DNA of 64,000 nt from an uncultured Acidobacteriota bacterium (GTDB lineage: Bacteria > Acidobacteriota > Terriglobia > UBA7540). Below the pieces are notes generated by a model, which did not search any database, was not told the DNA's origin, and was given only the letters and a program-made list of their open reading frames with translations. The translations under genes and the position numbers were made by a program. Numbering within the stretch: position 1 is the first letter of the stretch; the number at the start of each line of letters is the position of its first letter. Below are positions 43,063 to 53,679 of the stretch, one piece after another. The stretch is taken from contig CAWDSK010000006.1 in NCBI GenBank assembly GCA_963804995.1, forward strand, positions 1,632,001-1,696,000. The letters run 5' to 3'.

Positions 43063-44833
43063 GGAACGTGTGAAGAAATGTGTTTTGAGAATCGCGGGAT
43101 AGGGATAAGTCGGGATGCACGATGATTTCACTTTCGTGGTGCGGGTAATCGCGGCTGGGGGTGAGGTTGCCAGGTGAGCACCGGCGGCAGCATGATTTCT
43201 TCCTCATCCTCGTGTGGCGCTTTGGCGCTCTTCACTTACGCCGGCGCCAGGGCGGCATCGGTCAGGGTGGGCCGTCGCTGCAGGGCGAACCATCGGGTCA
43301 GGTTATAACTCAGCGCCGCCCACGTTGCCTCCAGGGTTGCTTTCAGGCGGCCGCGACAGCGGAACTGGCGCAGGCCGCAGCGTTCTTTAATCCAGGCGTG
43401 GGGGAACTCGGCGATACGCGACCGTTGACCGTAAATCCGCTGCGCTTCTTCCGTGGCCATCTTGGCCTTGAAGGCCAGGGTCGCCGCGGGTTCCTCCAGG
43501 CGCGTAATCGATCGGACCCATTGGGAGCGCGCTTTTTGCGGGGCGCACTGGCTGCGTAACGTACACGTACGACAAGCCTCCCGCGGCGCGCGATAGACGT
43601 GGACGCGGACCCCGTGCCCGCGATTCTGTATCGCACGGTGAGTCAGGATTTCTCCCGCCGGGCAAGTGAAGCTGTCGTGCTCGGCACGATAGTGGAAGGC
43701 GCTGGCCAGAAACGCGGCGCGGCGGCCTTGGGCGTCGCGTTCGCCGGGCTTCCAACTCGCCTGCCACGATCCATAAAAATCCACTCCGCAGTTCGCCGCC
43801 GCCGCGACCGAGGCGTGATTGGTGTAGTCGCCATCGGCAACGATCTGCCGGGGATGGCGTCCCAGCGTTTGCGCGCAGCGGTCGAGGGCCGGTTCCAGTT
43901 GGCGATGATCGATGGCATCGGTGGTCGCCTCCACATTCACGATCAGCCCGTGCGTGGTGTCCGTCAGCAGTTGCACGTTGTAGCTCGGAACCGTGCCGCC
44001 CTCGCCATTTCTCATGACGTGGGCTTCCGGGTCGGTGCTGGAGGCGCGGGCCACAAAACTGTCGCGATCGTCCTTTTTCTCGCGCTGTAAGCGCTCGACC
44101 TCGCGTACGGCAGCCTCCAAACGGCTCCGGCGTTGCCGTGCGGCCCGCTGCCGCGCCGCCACCTGCCGCCTGGCCATCTGCTCTTCTTCCGCCGCTTGTT
44201 CCTCCATCAGCCGCACTTGTTCGCGGGCCAATTGCAGGTGAGCTTCGAGCGTCGGCTGGCGCCGGAACGTATTGCCGCCGGCATTGGCCTTGATCTTCGT
44301 GCCGTCCAGCGTCACGCGCTCCAGAGTGATCAGACCCTCGGCGCTCAGCATCCCCAGCACCTGCACGAAGAGATCGTCCAGCGCCGCCTTTTGACTGGAA
44401 CGAAACCCGGACAGCGTGCGGTGACTGATCGGCTCCAGCCCGCACAGCCACTGAAAGGCCGGTTCATATTCGCACCGCCGCGCCATCTCGCGCGCCGAAC
44501 TGATCCCGCGGCTGTAGGCATACAGCCAGAGACTGATCAAAACCTGCGGATCGGTGTGCTCCCTCCCCGCCCGCCCCTCCACGGCGGCGATGCCGGCATA
44601 ATACCGACTCAGATCCAGCCGCCCTACCAACTCCCAAATCGAGCGCGCGGGGTGATCTTCCTCAATCAGTCGCTCCACATCAATCGCCCGCATCACCATC
44701 TGGCACCGATTCACCGCAGTCAAACGAGGTCGAGTAACCGGAGGCTTGGTCGTCATGCCCGCAGTGTACCCGACCTACCACTTTCCACCTAGGCATTCTT
44801 GTTGGTTTTCAGGCTAATTTCTTCACACGTTCC
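43063..44833 (-). mobile_element. IS1182 family insertion sequence
   Basis: Perfect 17-bp TIR GGAACGTGTGAAGAAAT. Confidence 0.92.
43236..44756 (-). CDS. IS1182 family transposase
   Basis: LIEEDHPAR, DGTKIKANA, STDPEA, YNVQ and ADGDY. Confidence 0.93.
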   Translation of the reverse strand: MTTKPPVTRPRLTAVNRCQMVMRAIDVERLIEEDHPARSIWELVGRLDLSRYYAGIAAVEGRAGREHTDPQVLISLWLYAYSRGISSAREMARRCEYEPAFQWLCGLEPISHRTLSGFRSSQKAALDDLFVQVLGMLSAEGLITLERVTLDGTKIKANAGGNTFRRQPTLEAHLQLAREQVRLMEEQAAEEEQMARRQVAARQRAARQRRSRLEAAVREVERLQREKKDDRDSFVARASSTDPEAHVMRNGEGGTVPSYNVQLLTDTTHGLIVNVEATTDAIDHRQLEPALDRCAQTLGRHPRQIVADGDYTNHASVAAAANCGVDFYGSWQASWKPGERDAQGRRAAFLASAFHYRAEHDSFTCPAGEILTHRAIQNRGHGVRVHVYRAPREACRTCTLRSQCAPQKARSQWVRSITRLEEPAATLAFKAKMATEEAQRIYGQRSRIAEFPHAWIKERCGLRQFRCRGRLKATLEATWAALSYNLTRWFALQRRPTLTDAALAPA

Positions 44834-44960
44834 TGACACCGTTTCCCTCCTGGGGCACACCCTGGCCCATCCCACACCAAGCCCCGAGCTTGCATTGCGC
44901 ATCGGCAACGCCCTGCTCCGCCGCCTTGCGCCGCCAAAACGCTGCGCGGATGCCAGTCAT
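44823..44960 (-). pseudogene. Single Sel1-repeat gene fragment
   Basis: WRRKAAEQGVADAQCKLGAWCGMGQGVPQ matches the Sel1 consensus. Confidence 0.65.
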
Positions 44961-44961
44961 A

Positions 44962-45759
44962 TCATGTCACGGAAAGGAATCCATAAGAATGATTTAGAGA
45001 TCCAAACGGTGCCAGTCTACGGCTAAAATCACCAAAACTCCGTGGATCAAGTGGCTTTGTGATAGGACCGATTGTTCCTTCCGGCTGGGGCCAAAGCCTC
45101 AGAACGGTTCCACTAGAAAAAGGACTCTCTTTCCAAGGAAACCCCTTGATCCTCAACGTGAACATCTGGAACGCTATCTTACCGATAGCGAGGGTAGACG
45201 CGTGGGCATAGATTGGCTTCCGAACGGAATCCCTCGGGTAAAGCGGACTCAATCTTCCGTCTGCCTGCCAAATCATACAGTAAGAATCAAGAAGACAAGA
45301 CGCAATCCATACGTATAGGTCATTTTCTATCGCACCGATTGCTTCAATTGGAACTGTGACTACACGCTTCCGGTCTTCCGGTGAAAAGTACGGTTCAGTT
45401 CTAATCGGCTTAATTAAGTCGCAGGCAATTACGGTCTTGTAAAACCAAGCCGTTAAGATTCGGGCTTGCTCGGCGGCGATGGCCGTCTGCATGCCGTTTA
45501 AGATTAAGGGCTCGAGAATGTCATGCGCGACCGTCTCGATTTTACCAAGGGTCGTATTGCAGCAACTGCAAACATCGTTGATCCTGTAGGCGTTCTTTTT
45601 GCCTATTTCCCAGGAACGCTTAAAGTTGTCACCGTGACGTAGAACAGCTCGGGAATGAGACGGAAACAGCTCTTGAATCCATTGAGCTATCGCATGCTCT
45701 GTAGTGATTTGCCGATCACCGCGTCGGCAAAACGCACAAACCTTCGGTTTTGTTGGCAT
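44962..45759 (-). CDS. HNH-type endonuclease domain protein
   Basis: CAFC...TTEHAIAQW...VCSCCN; AT-richer than flanks. Confidence 0.7.
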   Translation of the reverse strand: MPTKPKVCAFCRRGDRQITTEHAIAQWIQELFPSHSRAVLRHGDNFKRSWEIGKKNAYRINDVCSCCNTTLGKIETVAHDILEPLILNGMQTAIAAEQARILTAWFYKTVIACDLIKPIRTEPYFSPEDRKRVVTVPIEAIGAIENDLYVWIASCLLDSYCMIWQADGRLSPLYPRDSVRKPIYAHASTLAIGKIAFQMFTLRIKGFPWKESPFSSGTVLRLWPQPEGTIGPITKPLDPRSFGDFSRRLAPFGSLNHSYGFLSVT

Positions 45760-45830
45760 GCGGGGGATTGTAGCACGTAGCACATTTGGTCAGCCAAGTA
45801 TTGTTACCCCCTTTTGCTCAAGCCTAATTT

Positions 45831-46011
45831 CGCGGGGTGGCGCATACGTGCCGACGTTTTTTGTCGGCATGTATGCGCCCTTTGGATTTGTGGGGGCGTA
45901 GCCACGCCACGATTCGCACGCCGTGGGCTTCATGCCGACATTGCAGCAGGTCGCCCGATAATAGGCGCATACATCGCGACAAAAGGCGTTGCGACGTATG
46001 CGCCACCCGCG
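45831..46011. repeat. Inverted pair of REP-like hairpins
   Basis: cgcggggtggcgcatacgt...tatgcgccc and ggcgcatac...acgtatgcgccacccgcg. Confidence 0.7.
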
Positions 46012-46178
46012 AAAACTGTGTCTGGCATTTGTCACCTCGATGTGCCCGTCTGGAAAGGGCCGGGGCACAATTGAGGAGATAATACATACTCCTGTGACGC
46101 ATGCGCCAGTTTTATTGCTCGGCGGTGTGCGGATTTCTATTTCCCGACCGCCCGAGGCGGGTGGATAATATCGGAACA

Positions 46179-49100
46179 ATGCTCGACGCTCTCATCCGAG
46201 AAATGGCGGTGGCGCTACAGCACGAAGCTGAGGCTGCAAAAGAACAGGGCGCGAATAGGACCAATATACTCCGCAATGGCCGCTTGCAAGTCTCAAGAAG
46301 GCAAGGTTATCTATACCTCTTTGACATTGACAGGCCCCTTCCCAGTGCCTTAGGAAATGACTTTCCCGGTAAAATCGAAATCCATGGGAGCGTATTCGAG
46401 GCAACAATCGCGGAATCCCGCGACACGGAAATTCTCGTATTGCTGCCCCGTGATTTCGGAATATCCATAGCTATCGCCTATCTGCATACCGACCTTACAT
46501 ACCTTCTAACTCTTCTTGCTGAGCGATTGCCGTCAGTATTAGATAATTCGCACTATTCGGCACAGGCAGCGAAAGTGCTCAATCAGATACAGCCTGTCCT
46601 TGGTCGCGGCTCCGCGAAACTTAGCTGGCTGGTTGGCAAGGATGGGAATCCGCCGAACGAAGAGCAACTCAAGGCGGTGGACCAGAGTTTAGGAAGTGAG
46701 GTGTGCTTTGTTTTCGGACCACCTGGCACGGGGAAGACCAAGACCATCGCGGCTATCGTGAAGGAACTCCTGAGTGAGAGCCACGCAAAGATTCTCGTTG
46801 CATCACACACTAATGTGGCGGCTGACAACGCCTTGCAAGCACTTCTTGGGTACGAAGATGACCCGACAATAGCAGAGATCATGCGTCAGGGCCTGGTGGT
46901 CCGAGTGGGTACCATTGTGGTGCAGGACCGTAACCTTGGATTGTTCCACATCGACAAGGTGACTGAGGAGACTGAAAAACGACTCCAGGATGACCGTAGG
47001 CTCCTTGTTGATCAACTCGAAGGAATGGAACAGGAGCGCAACCGGCTGAGAGAGGTTATGGCCAAGGGGGGCCTCCTCCAGGACCTCCACCGACGCCAAA
47101 TAGCGAATCAGAAGGCTCAAGTCGAACTTCAGAATGAGATTCAATGCGCTCGTCAGGAGCTGGAAGTCGTTCGTCAAGCCCTGGAGGGAAACCGCTTACA
47201 ATATGAGGAGGCATCACGAAACAATTTTTTAGTAAACCTATGGAAGGGGCTGAGCAAAAAGAAGCTCATTGGGGAAAAGGCTGGACTCCAGACAGAGGAT
47301 GGTCGGCTCACTGCCGCAATCGCGGCTGCAACCCGTCGCACCGCCTTCCTTTCTGAGGAGGCAAAGAGAACCGATGCTCAGATTCACGACCTCGCAGGCC
47401 TGATTCCAGCCGGATATGATGACGGACTGACTCGGTCAAAGTTGGCGAAGCTCGAAAGCGAGATCTTACAACTTCGTGCCCAAGTTGATTTGATCGACGG
47501 GCAGATTGGCGACCTTCAAGGGAATGTACTAGAGCGCGCAAGAGTAGTGGTCTCATCGCTTACACAGACGTATGTCAATCGGGCCCTCCTGCCGCAGCGG
47601 TTCACTACGGTTATTATTGATGAAGCAAGCACCGCGCCGATTCCTGCCGTAATCTATGCGAGCGCGCTGGCCTCAAAGAGCATTGTACTTGTGGGTGATC
47701 CAAAGCAACTTCCCCCGATCTGCATCTCAGAGAGCGACGAAGCAAAGAGGTGGCTAGGTCGGGACATCTATACGGTTGCAGGAGTCAGCTACAAGACGAT
47801 GGATCAGGATGCGCGTGTTGCATTTCTCCGGAGGCAATACCGGATGCACAAATCCATCTGTGAGGTCGTCAACGAGCATTTTTATGATAATCGACTCGTG
47901 AACGAACGCTACGAAACTGATGATGCTCGCTATTGCTCGCTTTGGCCCGGTGGCGTCTCTCGATTAGTACTTATAGATACGCAAAAGGCCATGCCATTTA
48001 TGGGGGTGGAACGTCGAAAGCGGTCACAGTCACGTTTCAACCTGTATCATGTCGAGGTAGTGGGCGCCATTCTCCGGGACTGGATTGAGGAGAAGCACAT
48101 CGATCCAGACTGCATCGGTGTTATCTCGCCCTACCGTGCGCAGGTCAATTTCCTAACGGGGCGCATCCACGAAATCTTTAAGGATATCCGAATAGAGGTC
48201 GGGACAGTCCATACTTTCCAGGGCCGCGAGAAGGACTGCATCATCTTCGACACTGTTGAGTCACTTGGGCCGACGCGGAATGTCGGTCTTCTTTTGAATG
48301 ACACGGTTGCTGTAAGGGTCGAGCCTGGGACCCAGTCTGACAAGGTAAGCCGCCTGCTCACCGTGGCTAGCTCACGAGCGAAAGAGAAGTTCCTATGCGT
48401 CGCGAATCTCGCGCATCTGCGAAAGTCCCTTCCGACCTCATCGAAAACCCGGAAGTGGGTTTGCGATATCGCGTCCAGAGCGACGTTTGATGCGACAACC
48501 CTCGTTCCATACTACATTCCTCGGGAAGACCCAGTTGGTCAATCCGTGCCGACGCTCTTTCCCGTCGCAAGGGATACTGGCACAGGCAGAGATTTCCAGA
48601 CGGCCCGCGATTTCTATTCGAGCTTCCACCGTGATCTGAAGGAGGCGAAGGAGAAGGTCATAATCTTCAGTGCGTTCGTTTGGCCAAACGCGGTCTCGCG
48701 GGAGGCCCCTTACCTGCAGGACTTAGTGCGGCGAGGCGTCAAAACCCTTGTGTTCACCAAATCTGAGAGAGAGCGATTCACTCAGCAAGCGGAGGTCGGC
48801 GCCCTTCACAGGCTGCTCAGGGAGATAGGGGTGAGACTCTTCCCGTTCGAGGGAACACATCACAAGATCGCGATTATTGACAACCGCATCCTCTACTTCG
48901 GACACCTGAATGTTCTGTCTTGGAACGGTGAGGCCAAAGAGCTGATGTCCCGCAGTGAGAGTCCGGCGGAGATTGCCCAACTTATTTCTGTCCTCGTGCG
49001 TGAGAACCCTAAGCTGCGGAGCATTCTTGTTGATGGAGCTGATGAAGACCCTGCTGATGTATTGGGTCAAAGCCAGCCGATTGATGTGAATGAGCTTATC

Positions 49101-49397
49101 ACGCGGTTACGTCCGAAGAAAAAGCCTGTTGGAAATTCGAAGAAACAAATCGAGGAGTACTACCGTCAGATGTTGAGGAAACTCCGCTGGGTTATTGCAT
49201 CCGACAAGCGGATACCGCAATTCGCGGTACTTTACAACAAGACTATAGATTCTTTGCTTCGAAACCCGCCTTCGAGCGAGCAAGAGCTCCTTGCTCTTAG
49301 CGAGTTCCAGAGAAATCCAACAAACATTGCCGGGTACGAAGAAGTTGTCCTTGCTATCGCAAAAGAAGTGGGCCACGGTCAATCGTGTTCTAGTTGA
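46179..49397 (+). CDS. SF1 (Upf1/DNA2-like) helicase with coiled-coil insert, PLD-type nuclease domain and C-terminal HRDC-like domain
   Basis: GPPGTGKT, DEAS, VGDPKQLPP, QYRMH, ISPYRAQ, TVHTFQGRE, SRAK; HHKIAIID; LRWVIASDKRIPQFAVLYNKTI. Confidence 0.85.
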   Translation: MLDALIREMAVALQHEAEAAKEQGANRTNILRNGRLQVSRRQGYLYLFDIDRPLPSALGNDFPGKIEIHGSVFEATIAESRDTEILVLLPRDFGISIAIAYLHTDLTYLLTLLAERLPSVLDNSHYSAQAAKVLNQIQPVLGRGSAKLSWLVGKDGNPPNEEQLKAVDQSLGSEVCFVFGPPGTGKTKTIAAIVKELLSESHAKILVASHTNVAADNALQALLGYEDDPTIAEIMRQGLVVRVGTIVVQDRNLGLFHIDKVTEETEKRLQDDRRLLVDQLEGMEQERNRLREVMAKGGLLQDLHRRQIANQKAQVELQNEIQCARQELEVVRQALEGNRLQYEEASRNNFLVNLWKGLSKKKLIGEKAGLQTEDGRLTAAIAAATRRTAFLSEEAKRTDAQIHDLAGLIPAGYDDGLTRSKLAKLESEILQLRAQVDLIDGQIGDLQGNVLERARVVVSSLTQTYVNRALLPQRFTTVIIDEASTAPIPAVIYASALASKSIVLVGDPKQLPPICISESDEAKRWLGRDIYTVAGVSYKTMDQDARVAFLRRQYRMHKSICEVVNEHFYDNRLVNERYETDDARYCSLWPGGVSRLVLIDTQKAMPFMGVERRKRSQSRFNLYHVEVVGAILRDWIEEKHIDPDCIGVISPYRAQVNFLTGRIHEIFKDIRIEVGTVHTFQGREKDCIIFDTVESLGPTRNVGLLLNDTVAVRVEPGTQSDKVSRLLTVASSRAKEKFLCVANLAHLRKSLPTSSKTRKWVCDIASRATFDATTLVPYYIPREDPVGQSVPTLFPVARDTGTGRDFQTARDFYSSFHRDLKEAKEKVIIFSAFVWPNAVSREAPYLQDLVRRGVKTLVFTKSERERFTQQAEVGALHRLLREIGVRLFPFEGTHHKIAIIDNRILYFGHLNVLSWNGEAKELMSRSESPAEIAQLISVLVRENPKLRSILVDGADEDPADVLGQSQPIDVNELITRLRPKKKPVGNSKKQIEEYYRQMLRKLRWVIASDKRIPQFAVLYNKTIDSLLRNPPSSEQELLALSEFQRNPTNIAGYEEVVLAIAKEVGHGQSCSS

Positions 49398-49509
49398 CCG
49401 GAGGCCTTTAGGCAAGCCAAAGCAACCCATGGCGAAGATATGTGAGCGGATGCAAGCCGCGGTGCGGCGGCACAATGCGGCCGATGGCTTCCCCACGGCT
49501 GTCGCCGGA

Positions 49510-49925
49510 GAAAACCGGGACAGGCACCATATTTCCGATTTACCGACGTTATAGCTTCCGCCGCGTCCCACTAAGGATTAGGAATTGGGAATTAGGGCCC
49601 TGTAACCATCCCCGGCGCGAACGCGCCGTCCCCCTCCTAAATCAGGAGGGGAGCCCGTCCGCCCGTCCGTCCGCCCTGGCAGCCTGTGGCGCGGAGAATC
49701 CGCCGGTTTTCCTCGGTGCCTCCGTGCCTCCGTGGTGAAGGTTGGTCTGGGGGACTGGGTAGATCGCCCCTTCAGGGCTCGCGGGTTGATGGGGGTTCCG
49801 TTGACCCAGGCCGTTGGCCTGGGCTTCGTTATTTCGCCCCTTTGGGGCTCAAAAACCTAGGCCTCGTTGGACCACCCCTTTGGGGCTCAAGAACCTGGGC
49901 TTCGTTATTTCGCCCCTTTGGGGCT
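49510..49925. repeat. Cluster of several different REP-like palindromes
   Basis: cccctcctaaatcaggagggg, cctccgtgcctccgtggtg and repeated cgcccctttggggct hairpins of the 40477 family. Confidence 0.7.
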
Positions 49926-50294
49926 CAAAGACCGCGGCGGACTATGCCAGACTTGGGTTCGTCCGCGCTACATTTCATTTCCCATTGAAACGCGGCACGA
50001 AACCCATTGCAACCAGGAGCTAAGCAATTCACCTTGCCGATAAACGCCCGAACCGCGCTTCTGGGGTGGGCCGTGATGGGGGCCGAGGCGGCGTAATGCA
50101 CATCCGAAATGTAGAAACTCCAGAATTCAGCAGGTAGCGCATCAGAGGTACGCGGTCGCCGTGGCGACCGTTCCTCCGCGGTTCTTCCCAAACACGACGG
50201 GCGTTCACAGGTTATTAATGCGAAACCGAGATGAAGAGCCGCAGAGTCTCGGAGAGCGTGAGACTCTGATGCGCTACCCCGCTCGTGGAATTTG

Positions 50295-52895
50295 CTAATT
50301 TGGACAAGCTTGAGCGTCGGTCGCACCTGCGATTCCTATCAAGGCGCCGAGGGCGGGGTGGGGGCAAGCGGGCGCGAACTGATGCTCGGGCCGGGGGGAG
50401 AGCAGGGTTCCAGCATTGATGTAAACTTTGTGTCCTTGTGCGTCGGAAATGAGGACAATCCCGTCCGGCCGCTGCTGTGATTCCATCCCAGCCCGCGCCG
50501 TCGAGGGGTGGCTCTGCGGCCCCAGAGCTATGTCCGCTGGTTCTTGCTGACCGGGTGGGAACGGCTCCGTACCTGCAATGAACACCTCGCTGTGCGTCAA
50601 GGCCGGATCGGCGAGCGCTACAAGGTTGGTGAGATTGTCAATCTCGGCCGTCTCGATTCCGTCGGGCTGAGTAAACGGCTGAGGTGTTTTGTAGACAGGT
50701 AAGTCGGAGGTCCGCTTCATGAATTCGGCCCAGACGGGCAGAGCGGACTGCGCGCCGGTCATATTCAGGTCGCGGTCGTCGTCGTAGCCAACCCAAACCA
50801 CGGCGAGGAGGTTCGAGGTGAATCCGGCAAACCAGCCGTCATGTGAAGTGCCGGTCTTCCCTGCGGCAGGAAGGTTGAAGCCACGGGCCCTCACACCTGC
50901 CCCAGTGCCGTTGTTGATGACGCTTTCGAGCAAACTCACCATCAAATAACTGACGCGCGAATCAAGCACCCGGCGGGCGCTGACAGGATTGTTCCAAACG
51001 GTGCGGCCGTGGGCGTCGGCGACGGCCACAATGCACCGGGGTGCGACGTACTCACCGCGATTGGCGAAAATCGTATAGGCTCCTGCGACCTCGAGGGGCG
51101 TCGCGACATACGCCCCCAGCGCGATGGCGGGCGTCGGCTCCAGTTGATTGTTAAAACCAGCCGTCACGGCAAGGTTGCGCACCTTGTCGTAACCCACCAT
51201 CTCCGCCAAGTGCACGGCGGGCACGTTGAGGGAGAAGGTCAAGGCCTTACGGACGGTTACCGAACCTCGGTAATCCCCTTCGTAATTTCTGGGCGTGTAG
51301 GACCGATCGGCAAATTCAAACGTGGTGGGTTCATCCGCCAGAACCGTGGCGGGCGTGATGAGTGGCAAGGAGCCGTCCACGCCCGAGTTCAGCGCCGCCG
51401 CGTACACGAACGGCTTGAACGACGATCCGGGCTGGCGCCGCGCCAAAACGTGATTCAACTGGCTCGTTCCATAGCCGCGGCCGCCGATGAGAGCTTTGAG
51501 GTCGCCCGTGTGCGGGTCCAGAGCCACCATGGCGGCTTGCGGCAGGACCAGGTCCGACGGAGACTTCGTTTTCCCCTTCTTAACTTGCCGGCCCAGTTCG
51601 ATCAGGCCGGCGCGCGCTCCCTCCGAGGCCGCTTGCTGGAGATCAAGATCCAAAGTCGTGTAAACGCGATAGCCTTTTGAAAGCAGATCGGTCTCGGGGA
51701 ATTGTTTGAGCAGTTGCGCCTTCACCATATCCACAAAATAGGCCTGCTGACGGGCTTCCATGGGTTGCTCGGCTAATCCCAGGGGAGCCAACGAGGCATG
51801 CCTCGCCTCACCCGCACCGATAAAGCCTGCCTTCTGCATGCGCCCCAACACGAAATTGCGCCGTTCGGCAGCCCGCTTCGGATGTTCGTAGGGCAGGTAG
51901 AGATTGGGACCGCGAATCAATCCGGTCAGGAAAGCCGCCTCAGGGAGCGAGAGGGTGCTGAGGTCCTTGTGGAAATACACCGAAGCAGCCTCGCCGAATC
52001 CATAGATGGAAAAACTATCATGCTGACCGAGATAAACCTGGTTCGCGTAAAGTACCAGAATCTGCTCCTTGGTCAGGCGGTGCTCGAGGATCAGGGCGAA
52101 AAACACTTCCGCGATCTTTCGCCGGATCGTGCGATGAGGCGTCAAAAAGAGATTCCGTGCGAGCTGCATGGTAAGCGTACTGCCACCCTCCAACCGCTTG
52201 TCTGACCGCAGATCCGCGAGGGCGGCGGCAACAATCCGGAGAGAGTCCACGCCGTGGTGAGAGTAGAAGCGATGGTCCTCGGTGGCGAGAATGGCATCCA
52301 CCAGCGCCTTGGGAAGGTCTTGGTAACGAACCAGACGACGCTTCGCGCGGCTGGCGCCAAAAAGGGTCGTGATGGGTTCGGGCTCAAGCCAGTACGTCTT
52401 CAAGTCGGTCATATTGTCGAGCGCGGTAATCGACACGAGGCGGTCATCCTTGAATTCCAGTCGCGCCGGACCTTCGACCATTTGACCGTTTCGGAAAAAA
52501 GACTCGGGGCCGGGTCGGACTTCCAGTCCGCTGGCCATTACGGTAAAGCTGCCGGCACCTCCGACATTTTGGCCCTCGGTGTAACCGGCCCTCCTGAGGT
52601 GCAGCGCCATATCGCGGGCATTAGCCCTTTGTCCACAATGCACCTCGCTTGGGGCAGCCAGGATGACAGCAGGATTGCCAAAAACGTTCCCATCCAAGCG
52701 GGCATCAATGATTCGCGCGAATTGCAAGTAGAAATGGACAAAGATAGCTGCGACAGCCGCAAGAGTGAGCAACATCGTGAGTCCTGCTCCGAGCAGGATT
52801 ATTTTCCAGGGTGGTGGCCGGGGGCTGGCTGAGTTCGTGTCAGGTTCCTCGCCCCTTGAGGGACTGGAGCTCTCCGTAAGTCGATACGTGATCAT
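50295..52895 (-). CDS. Class A penicillin-binding protein (PBP1B-like)
   Basis: EDHRFYSHHG, GGSTLTMQL, RKIAE; SSFK, SLN and KTG transpeptidase motifs. Confidence 0.93.
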   Translation of the reverse strand: MITYRLTESSSPSRGEEPDTNSASPRPPPWKIILLGAGLTMLLTLAAVAAIFVHFYLQFARIIDARLDGNVFGNPAVILAAPSEVHCGQRANARDMALHLRRAGYTEGQNVGGAGSFTVMASGLEVRPGPESFFRNGQMVEGPARLEFKDDRLVSITALDNMTDLKTYWLEPEPITTLFGASRAKRRLVRYQDLPKALVDAILATEDHRFYSHHGVDSLRIVAAALADLRSDKRLEGGSTLTMQLARNLFLTPHRTIRRKIAEVFFALILEHRLTKEQILVLYANQVYLGQHDSFSIYGFGEAASVYFHKDLSTLSLPEAAFLTGLIRGPNLYLPYEHPKRAAERRNFVLGRMQKAGFIGAGEARHASLAPLGLAEQPMEARQQAYFVDMVKAQLLKQFPETDLLSKGYRVYTTLDLDLQQAASEGARAGLIELGRQVKKGKTKSPSDLVLPQAAMVALDPHTGDLKALIGGRGYGTSQLNHVLARRQPGSSFKPFVYAAALNSGVDGSLPLITPATVLADEPTTFEFADRSYTPRNYEGDYRGSVTVRKALTFSLNVPAVHLAEMVGYDKVRNLAVTAGFNNQLEPTPAIALGAYVATPLEVAGAYTIFANRGEYVAPRCIVAVADAHGRTVWNNPVSARRVLDSRVSYLMVSLLESVINNGTGAGVRARGFNLPAAGKTGTSHDGWFAGFTSNLLAVVWVGYDDDRDLNMTGAQSALPVWAEFMKRTSDLPVYKTPQPFTQPDGIETAEIDNLTNLVALADPALTHSEVFIAGTEPFPPGQQEPADIALGPQSHPSTARAGMESQQRPDGIVLISDAQGHKVYINAGTLLSPRPEHQFAPACPHPALGALIGIAGATDAQACPN

Positions 52896-53129
52896 GTATC
52901 TCCTATCGCGCCAGCTTTAACGCGGCCGAGAACCATGAGGAGTCTCGGCGGGTACCGCTGTGAGGGTCCTGAGGGCCGGGACTCATCAGCGGGGTCTATC
53001 GAACTGCTAAGGCCGCCGCAATTCTGGGCGAAGCATGGCAAGATGCGCTCTGACGATGCCGCAATTCCTTGGCCCGTACCGCCTCGCCCTGCTTCACGTT
53101 GCAGAAAGAAAGTGCGCGCCCCGCCGCCC

Positions 53130-53537
53130 CTACGGCATGCGTTTATAGTTTGGAGTTCCCGCAACGGACTCCAACGATACAGGCTGGACTGCACTCATGG
53201 CTTGCACAGAAGATCTTCTATTCGGATCCACGCTGGTGCTGTAAGCGGCGCCGTTTCCAGTTATCTGGCGATTTACATCGGCAGCGCGAACCGTGGCGAC
53301 CTTCGGTTTTGTGGGCTTCGACTTTTCTAAGCGGCCCAAATCCGCGAGGACGGTGGCTTTCAATTGCATGAACTGGTCCGCTTGCTTGAAGTCGTTAAGA
53401 CTTTCTTTGCACGCTTTGAATTCATTGCTGCATTTGCTTTCTCCCGAAGTTTGGTGGTTGCTTTGGGGAGCTTGTCCGGCGACTGACGACGTCGCGCAGA
53501 AGCTCAGAAGGAGACACGCCAGAGTCAATCTTTTCAT
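53130..53537 (-). CDS. Secreted hypothetical protein
   Basis: AAGGA SD and signal peptide; conserved promoter upstream. Confidence 0.6.
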   Translation of the reverse strand: MKRLTLACLLLSFCATSSVAGQAPQSNHQTSGESKCSNEFKACKESLNDFKQADQFMQLKATVLADLGRLEKSKPTKPKVATVRAADVNRQITGNGAAYSTSVDPNRRSSVQAMSAVQPVSLESVAGTPNYKRMP

Positions 53538-53614
53538 TTGAAGTTCCTTTTGCCCGCAAGCCGGGAGCGCGCCGGCGGCTCACCAGATCCCGGCTGGCAG
53601 CTCAACGCACACTG

Positions 53615-53679
53615 GTTATACCCCGGAGAAATCCGCTTGTCAGGCCAGTACCGCTCACACGTCTGGTCGAAATTGCTCA
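53615..53679 (-). promoter_or_regulatory. Conserved two-box promoter, copy 2
   Basis: TGAGCAATTTCGACCA-5-GTGAGCGGTACTGGC-CTGACA-17-TATAAC. Confidence 0.75.

Noticed and set aside
40300..50300. Prophage or integrative element
   Set aside because: No integrase, structural phage genes, conjugation genes or tRNA att site are visible
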